Of a DNA stretch of 64,000 bases, positions 54,230-64,000 are shown one piece after another. Positions within the stretch are counted from its first letter, which is position 1. Every line of letters starts with the position of its first letter. Both the position numbers and the translations under genes were made by a program. This DNA is from Malacoraja senta (taxonomy: Eukaryota), in the NCBI GenBank assembly GCA_038087875.1, contig CM075997.1, positions 6,760,001 through 6,824,000 of the forward strand, written 5' to 3'. The notes below the pieces were generated by a model. It searched no databases. It worked only from the letters and a program-made list of their open reading frames with translations, and was not told the DNA's origin.

Positions 54230-57200
54230 TTTTGCTGAACACATTCGTTCAGTCCGCCTCGACCTACCTGAACTCACAGTTGCCAAACACTTTAATCTCC
54301 CTTCCATTCCCACACCGACATATTGATCTTGAATATCAATTGATTGATCGACATCTTGATTGATGATCAAGATGGCGCCTGCCTGCGGCGACTTTTGCGG
54401 AGCACTAGAACAGAAAAGGTTCACCTACAACTTCTATCAACTTACCTGGATCAGGGAAACGGCAGTAATCGGTGCCGCTTCAGAGAAGCTGCTTGGGCAG
54501 CTGAAAGCGCTGGCAATTTCGCGATCTCCCGCAGTTGCGGGAGCCCCGGACTTCAGATTTCCCCCCGCTGGCTGTGGAACTCCCGACCCGACTGAGGATC
54601 CCATGTACCGTACCAGGAAACCACGGGATGACCTCCAGAGCCGACGGGCCGGATCTCCCAGGAACAACGGAGCTGGAGCTGGAGCTGCTGACTTAGAATG
54701 TACCCCCGTTCGTTACGGAGCTGGAGCTGCCGTCTGTGAAGGAATCCCCGTTCCAGCGCAGGTCCGCAGAAACAGGAGGCACAGTAGACTCAGCACCTGG
54801 AAACAAATGGGTAGCATCCATTGTGTCCGGAAACGTGGACGGCGGGCAGGACGTTAGGTCAGACTGAAGCGCAGGGGACTTCGGCCCCCTCTCCTTAATA
54901 TCCTACTGGCCAACGTACAGTCCCTAGAAAATAAAGTGGAGGACTTAAGGGCAAGGCTGCTTTATCAAGAGGAGCTGAGGGAATGCTCTGTGTTCTGTTT
55001 CACAGAGACATGGCTCACCCCCAGCTCCCCAGACTCAGCGGTCCAGCGTGAAGGTTTCTCCATCCACCGTATGGACCGTACACTGGTATCTGGGAAAGAT
55101 AGAGGAGGGGGCCTGCCTCATGGTCAACTCTGCGTGGTGCTCAGACGTGGCAGTCCTGTCCAACTCCTGCTCTCCACACCTCGAACATCTGGCGGCGAAG
55201 TGCCATCCCTTCTACTTCCCAAGGGAATTCACCTCCATCATCATGACCGCGGTCTATATCCCACCCCAGGCAGACGTCCGTCTGGCACTGGAGGAGCTGC
55301 ACGCCGTGGTTAACAAACACCAGATGTCTTACCCCGAGGCGTTCACCACCATAGCCGGGGACTTCAATAAGGCAATCCTAAAGAAATTACTACCTAACTT
55401 CCACCAACATGTCTCCTACTGCACCAGAGGACCAAACACCCTCGACCACTGTTACACCACCATCAAGAATGCGTATCGTTCTATCCCCCGTCCTCACTTC
55501 GGTAAATCCGACCATACCGCGGTGCTGCTTCTTCCTTCCTACAGCAATTAAAGAGCGCACCCCCAGAGGTGAGGACAGTACAGAGCTGGTGGGGGGGGGG
55601 GGGCAGAGGAACAACTCCAGGACTGTTTGGAGTCTGTAGACTGGGCAATGTTCAAGGACTCGGCAACGGACCTGAACGAATACGCCACAGTCGTTACATA
55701 CTTCATTAAGAAGTGTATGGAGGACTGCATCCCCACCACAACCTTCCGAGCGTTTCCCAATCAGAAACCTTGGATACACTTTGAGATTCGCACTCTTCTG
55801 AAGTCCAGACAGCGGGCATTCATGTCTGATGATACAGTGGCCTACAAGAAGTCCAGATACGACCTTGGTAAGGCCATCAAAAAGGCCAAAATGGACTTCT
55901 GCTCCAAACTGGAGGAAGAGACAGATGTTCGGCGGCTGTGGCAGGGCCTGAATGCAATCACCTCTTACAAGTCGAAATCAGGAGGCAGCTCGAATGTCGG
56001 CGAAACATCACTCGCTGATGAGCTCAATGCGTTTTACGCACGCTTTGATAGGGAGAACACTGATGTGCCTTCCCGATCCCCCAATGACTGTGATGGTATT
56101 TCAGTCTCAGTCACAGAGGCCGACGTCAGGAAATCCTTCAGAGGGGTGAACCCTCGAAAAGCGCCTGGACCTGATGGTATACCTGGTCGTGTTCTAAAAA
56201 CATGTGCGGACCAACTGGCTGGAGTTTTTACGGACATTTTCAACCTCTCACTTCTGAGGTCTGCGGTTGCCACTTGCTTCAAAAGGGCATCAATTATACC
56301 AGTGCCCAAGAAGAGTAAGGTGACGTGCCTCAATGACTACCGACCTGTGGCACTAACGCCTGTGGTGATGAAGTGCTTTGAGATGTTGACCATGGCGCAG
56401 ATCAACTCCTACATCGACAAAAACCTGGACCCACAGCAGTTCGCTTACCGCCACAACAGATCAACGGTGGATGCGATCTCGCTGGCCCTCCACTCCGCTC
56501 TGGATCACTTGGAAAACAAAAACTCATATGTCAGGCTATTATTCGTTGAGTACAGCTCGGCATTTAATACAATCTTCCCCTCCAAGCTGGTTACCAACTC
56601 GCAGAACTGGGTCTCTGCGCATCCCTCCGCAATTGGATCCTCGACTTCCTCACCTCTCAGACCACAGTCTGTTCGTATTGGTGGAAATGTGTCAGGACTC
56701 GATAATAATCAGCACGGGAGCACCTCAAGTCTGCGTGCTCAGCCCCCTGCTGTACCACCTCTATACTCATGACTGCTTAGCCGGACATAGTGCGAACTCC
56801 ATCAACAAGTTCGCTGACGACACCACTGTTGTGGGACGTATCACTGATGGGGATGAGTCAGAGTATAGAAGAGAGATCGAGCAACTGTCCATATGGTGCC
56901 AGCACAATAACCTGGCCCTCAACACCAGCAAAACCAAGGAACTGATTGTGGACATTGGAAGGAGTAGGATGGGGACCCACAGTCCCGTGTATATCAACGG
57001 GTCGATGGTTGAAAGGGTTAAGAGCTTCAAATTCCTGGGCGTGCACATCTCTGAAGATCTTTCCTGGTCCGAAAACACTGATGCCATTATTAAGAAAGCA
57101 CATCAGCGCCTCTACTTCCTGAGAAGATTACGGAGAGTCGGTTTGTCAAGGAGGACTCTCTCTAACTTCTACAGGTGCACAGTAGAGAGCATGCTGACCG

Positions 57201-58145
57201 GTTGCATCGTGGCTTGTTTCGGCAACTTGAGCGCCATGGAGAGGAAAATACTACAAAATGTAGTAAACATTGCCCAGTCCATCATCGGCTCTGACCTCCC
57301 TTCCATCGAGGGGATCTATCACAGTCGCTGCCTCAAAAAGGCTGGCAGTATCATCAAGGACCCACACCATCCTGGCCACTCACTCATCTCACTACTACCT
57401 TCAGGTAGAAGGTACAGGACTGCAACGACCAGGTTCAGGAATAACTACTTCCCCACAGCCATCAGACTATTAAACCTGGCTCGGACAAAATACTGAACTT
57501 TATTAGCCAATTAACTGTTATTTGCACTTCATCAGTATATTGATTCATGTGTGTATATATTTATAGAATGGGATATGGACACACTGATCTGTTTTGTAGA
57601 CAATGCCTACTATGTTCTGTTGTGCTGAAGCAAAGCAAGAATTTAATTGTCCTATCAGGGACACATGACAATAAACTCACTTGAACTTGAACTTGAACAT
57701 ATCTGTACTAGGCCTCTTCCATTGTCAGAGTGTGACTAAACGCAAATTGGAGGAACAGCATCTCATATTTCGCTTGGAAAGCTTACAACGCATAACAATG
57801 AATGTTTATTTTATTAATTTCAAGTAACGCTTGCACCCCCCTTCCTCTCTCCATCCCTCACCCACCCAAGCCGCACCATCTTTAAAGTCGTCTTGTTCAC
57901 TCATTGCCTAATCTCGTTTTCCCCGAGTCTGCAGGTAATAATGGTCTGTTTCCTTTACCATCGTTACTTGTTTCCATATCTTTCATTGATTTATGTTACA
58001 TCTCTCTACATGGCCCTCTATATCTCTCGTTTCCCTTTCCCCTGACTCTTAGTCTGAAGTAGGGTCTCGACCCAAAACTTTACCTATTCCTTTTCTCCCG
58101 AGGTGCTGTTTGACCTATTGAGTTATTCCACTTTTCTGTGTCCAT
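54230..58145 (+). mobile_element. Old Penelope-derived 3' fragment (54230-54323 + 57703-58145) split by the Rex1 element
   Basis: FAEHIRSVR...VAKHFN continues after the insertion as ...KRKLEEQHLIFRLG, followed by a degenerate ctgaagtagggtctcgacccaaaac tail. Confidence 0.7.
54324..57696 (+). mobile_element. Near full-length Rex1/Babar-type LINE (APE + RT, frameshifted), 6-bp TSD
   Basis: APE motifs LANVQSL, CFTETW, AGDFN and GKSDH; RT motifs KAPGPDG, NDYRPVALT, QFAYR and KFADDTT. 3' end aataaa...(CTTGAA)n. The TSD ACATAT is at 54318-54323 and 57697-57702. Confidence 0.9.
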
Positions 58146-58169
58146 CTATAATTTGTGAACAGCTCCATT

Positions 58170-59940
58170 TAAGGACGGAATAAATTGCAGCGTTGTGGAC
58201 GTTGTTCAGACGCTCAAGAAAAACCAACTTCCCTCCATTGACACCATCTACATTTCACGCTACCTCGACTAGACAGCTAGCATAATCAGTGAGCAGCCTC
58301 ACGCCGGTCACTCCCTTTTCTACCCATTCCCGTCAGACAAGATGTGCAGACATTTCAAAACGTATATCTCCAAACTAACGGACAGTTTCTTCTCTGCTCA
58401 TATCAGACAACTTGACGGTCCTCTCTTCAGCTAAGCTGCGATCCTGACATCCCATCTACTTCATTGAAGACTTTTAGACTATATATTTTTCGGAGTTGAT
58501 TAGACTTTACTTGGACTAAATGTTATACACGTTTCCTTTGGCTGTCCACTGTGTACAGCGTTATTGTAATCATGCGCCGCCAGAAGTCCGGGGCTGATCA
58601 CATTCCGCAGCCCTGCAATCATCCTTGGAACACCTGGATAAGAAGGACACCTGCGTCGGACTCCTATACATATACTGCATCATAATCATCATCATCATCG
58701 TTGAAAACATCAACGGGCACGTTGTGCCTTACAATGCTGTGTACCACAGTGATCGCAACTTCTACTGAAGTGTGGATGGCCGTTTGCTCGCTAGGAGCTA
58801 ATCCGCCCTTTGACAGGTCTTGTTTTTGGTCCGGCTGGGGATCCAGAGCCCCCTCCTCACCTGGCAAACCAGGTGGGGGAGACGATTTAGTCGCCGACTA
58901 TCCGACCATGGAGCAGGTAGCACGGGAGTACACGGTACCCGTGGCCGGGGAAACTTCCCCCGACCTGACCATATACTGCAGCCCTGTTTAAATACCATTA
59001 TTCCAACCAAGCTGATGTACAAACTCGTAGAAACAGGATTTGGCACACACCTCTGCAACTGCATCATGTACATCCAGGTAATAAGCAGTCAGAATACGTG
59101 ACAAGTTGTGCTCTGCGACAATTTTCAACGCTGCTGCCCTAAAATGTGTGGCCCCTTACTATACTACTAATCCGACTCAATTTACAAGTTCGCAGCTGAC
59201 AGCGCCGCAGTGGCTCCTATATCAAAGAATGACGATGCGTAGTACCGGAAGACATTTGAGAACCTTGTATCCTTGTGCCAAGACAATATCTTATGAATTA
59301 ATGTCAGCAAGACAAATTAGATTGTGATTGACTGCAGGAAACGAAACAGTACACACACCCCGGAATACATTGATGGCGCCGAAGTGGAGATCGCCGGAGG
59401 CTTCATATTCATGAGAACAAATATAATCAGCAATTCGTCCTGGAACACCCACGTGAAAACAATGACCAAGAGAGCACAATAACACCTCTACCTTCCTTGG
59501 AAGGCTTATGCAGATCCGTATGTCCCTACCAAACCTCAACACTTATACAGATGTTTGGAAGAATGCATGCAATCAGGATACATCACAGTATGGTTGAGAA
59601 TCAGTTCCATCCAAGACCGCAAGAAATTGAAGTGTTCCGAACGTAGCCCAGATCATCACGCAAATCAACCTCCCGTCCATTTGCCACATCTCCGCTTCAC
59701 GTTGCCTCAGCAACGCAACTAGCATTATTAAAGACCAGTTACACTCCGGTTACTTCCTCTTCGCCCCTTCTTCCTTGCATTCTCGCGCCTCAGGCATGCG
59801 CTTCAGATGTTTGAAAATGCATAACCGCAAATTTATCGTCATCTCTTCCCAACTGTTATCGCCACTGAACCCTCCTTACACCAGCAAGAGCGTGGGTCTG
59901 ACCTCCCATCTACCTCACTGCAGACCTTTGAACGACTTTA
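58170..59940 (+). mobile_element. Older degenerate Rex1-type fragments
   Basis: Segments resembling LPSIDTIYISR, NTIIPTKL and AQ*HLYLPWK echo 56500-57480 but are heavily decayed. Confidence 0.55.
58680..58969 (-). mobile_element. 290-bp SINE-like retroposon with (GAT)n tail and 11-bp TSD
   Basis: The TSD CATATACTGCA is at 58669-58679 and 58970-58980. The tail gatgatgatgatgattatga resembles the RTE tail at 21163. Confidence 0.75.
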
Positions 59941-60009
59941 AATAGGATTTTACCGACATTTATATATTATTAAATGTTATACAGGATATTTGGCTATTTT
60001 TATATTTGG

Positions 60010-61280
60010 ATTTATGAAGGGGAACTCATGCTTGACTAATCTGGAATTTTTTGAAGATGCAAGAAGTATAACTAATAATGGTTAGCCAGTTGATATGGTG
60101 TACCTGGAGTTTCAGAAAGCTTTTGAGAAGGCTCCACACAAGAGATTTGTGTGCAAAATTAGAGCACATGGTATTGGCGGTGGGGTATTGACCTGGATTA
60201 AGAACTTGTTGGCAGACAGGAAGCAAAGTGCAAGAAGTAACTGCTCCTTTATGAGAATGGCAGGCAGTGACTTGTGGGGTGCCGCAAAGCTCAGTGCTGG
60301 GAATATTATAATTTACAATATATATTAACGATTTAGACAAGGGAATTAAATGTAGCATCTCAAAGTTTCCGGATTACACAAAACTGGGTGGCAATGTGAG
60401 CTGTGAGGAGGAGGCTATGAGGCTGCTGGGTGAATTCGACAGGTTGGGCGAGAGAGCAGATGCATTGTAGATGCAGTATAATGTGGATAAATGTGAGGTA
60501 ATCCACTTTGGTGGAAATAACAAGAAGGCAGATTATTGTCCGAATTGTGTCAGGATAGGAGCAGGAGACGTGCAACGAGACCTGGCTGGCCTTGTACAGT
60601 ACTCACTGAAAGTAAGCATACAATACAGCAGACAGTGAGGAAAGCAACTGGCATGCTGGCCTTCATAACGAGAGGATGTGAGTACAGGAGGAAGGAGGTC
60701 CTACTGCAGTTATACAGGGGCCGGGTGAGACCGCACCTGGAGCATTGTGTGCAGTCTTGATCTGCTTATTTGTGCAATGACATTCTTGCTATCGAGCGAG
60801 CGCAGCGTAGGTTAACCAGGTTAATGCCGGGATGGCGGGACTAACATATGATGAAAGAATGGATCGACTGGGGTTATATTCACTGGAATTTAGAAGTATG
60901 AGAGGGGATCTTACAGAAACATATACATGATTGGATGGGGTGGATGCAGATTTTTTTTGCCGATGTTGGAGCAGTCCAGAACCAGGAGTCATAGTTTAAG
61001 AATAAGGGGTACTGAGCACTGAGAAGAGGAAACACTTTTTCACCCAGTGAATCTGCGGAATAATCTGCCACAGAAGGCAGTGGAGGCTAATTCACTGGAT
61101 GTTTTTCAAGAGAGAGTCAGATTTAGCTCTTCCGGCTAAAGGAATGAAGGGTAATGGGGAAAAAGAAGAAACGGGTTTACGGATTTTGGATTATCAGCCA
61201 CGATCATATTGAATGGCGGTGCTGGCCTGAAGTGCCGAAATGGGTACTCCTGCTCCCTTTTCAACGTTTCTATGTTTCTT
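60010..61280 (+). mobile_element. Degenerate CR1 LINE 3' portion
   Basis: MVYLEFQKAFEKAPHKR and KEVLLQLYRGRVRPHLEHCVQ, then the CR1 3' UTR and a tttctatgtttc tail. Confidence 0.85.
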
Positions 61281-61459
61281 TATCCGTTGTCGTGTGTCTG
61301 TACATTGTGCACGGCATCATGAGAATTGTGTATTGTCTATTCGTTGAGTATTTATTAAGTGTACCGAGATAATAGAAAACTAAACTAAATTGATCTAAAC
61401 TGAATAATCTGATTTCTTGTCCTTGACGTTTGATGCCAACGGCTCAGTTTTTCTATACT

Positions 61460-62730
61460 GTGTTGGGAAGGGGGGAGGGGAAGGTGGAGGGAAAAGGAGT
61501 AGAGGTGTGTGGGAGTAGGGGGGGGAGGTGGGATGGGGGAGGGGAATGTGGAGGTGTTGTAATGGGTTGGGGGTGGTGTGGGGTGGGGGAGTGGTGTGGG
61601 AAGGGTTGGGTGGTGTGGGGGGTGGATGAGGGTGAAGGGATGATGTGTGGGGAGGAATAGAGGGGGGAAGGGGAGGGGGAAGGTAGGTCTGGGATGTGCT
61701 GTGAGGGGGTGGTGTGGTGTGGGATGGTGGGGTGGTGTGGGGTGGTGGGGTGGTGTGGGATGGTGTGGGCGGGTGGGGTGGTGTGGGGGTGGGGGGAAGG
61801 GGAGCGGAACGGGGAGGGGTAAATTAGGTATGTGGGGGGGAGGGGTGTGTGGGAAGGAGGGGGAGGAGGGCTAGGGGGAGAGGGAAGGGGGAGGGTGGTC
61901 GGGGAAGGGGGGCTGTGGGGAGGAGGGGGGGGGAAGGTGGGTGGGGGAAGGAGGATGTGGAGGTGGTGTTAGGGGTTGGGGGTGATGCGGGTTGGTGGAG
62001 TGGTGTGAGAGGGGTTGGGTGGTGTGGGGGCGATGGGGTAGTGTGGGGGTTGGGGGGAAGGAGAATGAACGGGGGAGGGGTAAAGGGGGTTTGTGGGTTT
62101 GAGGGGGAGGGGTGGTGGGGAGGAGGGGGAGGAGGGGGAGAGGGAAGGTGGGAGGGGGAAGGGGGAGGGAGAAGGGGAAGGAGGGGATGTGTGGGGAGCA
62201 GGGGGAGGGGGGAAGGTGGGAGGAAGGAAGGGCAATGTGAGGGGGGATAGTGTGGCTGTGTGGGGGAGGCAGGGCCTCCACTCAGCGGCCACAGGCCGCG
62301 GCACCACACAGCACCTCCCGACTCCACACTGCGGTAAACCAGACTCCACACAACGGCTTTCCCCACTCCACACAGCGGCTTCCAGACTCCACACATCAGC
62401 TTTCCCGACTCCACTCTTGCGGACTCAATCAGCACGGCTTGTTTACTCAGCCCCGCCTCCGGGTTTTTTATTTCTCCAGCGGGTGCCGGAAGGGGCGTTA
62501 CCATCACGGTGACTGATAGGCGAGAAGACAAATCTGCTGATCTCACGATTTTTAAAACCTTCATAAATGTTCTCATATTTCACCGATTGGAGCAAAACGT
62601 GTGGACGGAGCAGAGGAGATCGCTGAGTAAGGTGGTGAAAAATAGTGATATACGGTAACGTTTTTAGCGCAAATTAAATTACGACCCGGACCGGAAGTGG
62701 TCAAGATGAGAGTTTTAGTAATAGTATAGA
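61460..62730 (-). mobile_element. Helitron-like element (copy C): 5' end plus G-rich tract; 3' terminus not found
   Basis: The minus strand starts A|TCTATACTATTACTAAAACTCTCATCTTGACCACTTCCGG at 62730, homologous to the 5' modules of copies A and B. A G-rich low-complexity tract covers 61460-62270. Confidence 0.55.
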
Positions 62731-63364
62731 TGCTCTGGAACAACGAGCATTCACTTGATCTATGCCCCTGATTGTATTGTTGGTCACCAATAACGTGATC
62801 CCGAGCCGTCTGTGCTCTGAATAAATATGACCCACCCGCCCAACCTGTCCGTATGACTCAAGGCTGCAGGCTCACGCATTATAGCTCGTTAAACAGACAT
62901 GATCAAACTACACCGTGTCTCGCCAGCAACCTGTACCTCTTTATCATGATGTCTCAACGTTTGTACTCAGTACCATTCCTATTGAAGAAATGCGTGCGAA
63001 GCACTCTTCACCGTACTGTACGCCTGTCCAATATAAGACAATGGGTATGTGGAACCTATATCAAACCAGAAATCATCTACTTGAGGTGTTTCTCACCGAT
63101 ATGCTAGGGAGGAAGGAATCTTCCAGATCAGACTCATTTAGTCATCTTGCCAATTAGGGTTAACCCTGACAAGACTAAGTTTGAGCGTCTGGGTTCTCTG
63201 CTCCCAGAAGCTTTTGAAGTGATCGCAATTAATTTATCCGTCCCAGCGAACGTAACTTGTATATTCAGCGATGCTTTGGCAGCTATAATATACTTCCATT
63301 GAAAATGCACAAATCGGTAAAACTACTTAATCATACTAAAAATGTTCAAGCAGAAAAGATAGTT

Positions 63365-63459
63365 TTCTGAAGAAGGGTCTCGACCCGAAACGTCACCTAT
63401 TCATTCGCTCCATAGATGCTGTCTCACCCGCTGAGTTTCTCCAACATTTTTGTCTACCG
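63365..63459 (+). mobile_element. ~95-bp Penelope-tail insertion starting at a hammerhead-like core, 9-bp TSD
   Basis: CTGAAGA-AGGGTCTCGACCC-GAAAC-GTC, then the tail. AAGATAGTT is at 63356-63364 and 63460-63468. Confidence 0.75.
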
Positions 63460-64000
63460 AAGATAGTTGTAGGTATCCACACTGTAATGAATTGCATATT
63501 GTTGTCTTTGTTTTTAAACATATACCAAATCTATATACTTTGAATTGTGGATTCAATCGGGAAGATTTCCAAAACAATGTTTTCTTTTACTTGACGAATA
63601 GTCTTTTAAATTAGACTGCTTCAGCCTCTGAGTCACTCAGTTCTAACCGTCACAACCGAGGAGATCTCCCGGTCTGTCCATTCATTAAATACCTGGCATA
63701 TATCTTCAGGCTCCTCACACAGATATTTCATTTTGTGTCCATTTCTTCACCTAATTACACATTTGCCCCTAATATACCTCTAAATTACCTTCAGATTTAT
63801 CTGAATCTCGTCAGTGATTGGGCACTTCTTCACTCCCTTTGTCCTTCCTGGTTTCATTTCAAGATTCACCTGGCAGTCATTTATGGTCTTACCCTCTTCT
63901 GAAGCGCATTCGTTAATTTCTGCAGGTATTACTTGCCTCTGTTTTACTCTTTGACCAACCTTAAATGGTGTTCGATACCCAGCATCCCGGTATTTGTTAG

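Overview
Eukaryotic, repeat-dominated vertebrate DNA. The repeat repertoire and GPCR type suggest a cartilaginous fish such as a skate or ray (inference). There are two 200-N assembly gaps. The only host genes I can support are two same-strand, two-exon GPR139-like class A GPCR paralogues on the minus strand. One is intact (exons 46338-46269 and 44486-43588, 322 aa). The other is a pseudogene (exons 1495-1426 and 551-<1) with a stop, a dead splice donor and a frameshift. The rest is nested transposons: CR1, L2, L1, RTE, Rex1/Babar and Penelope-like retroelements (the last with hammerhead-like tails), plus a young Gypsy LTR element with an intact gag-pol. Three structures stand out. (1) A non-autonomous Helitron-like family; in one copy the 5' terminus appears to have expanded into a 6.5-kb (ATCT)n satellite, and the whole 7.9-kb block sits at an A|T site inside an old CR1. 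(2) A ~3-kb Foldback/MULE-like near-palindrome with ~1-kb arms and a 9-bp TSD. (3) The Gypsy element is flanked by a 276-bp host duplication instead of a short TSD. All alignments and coordinates were read by eye; no database searches were run.
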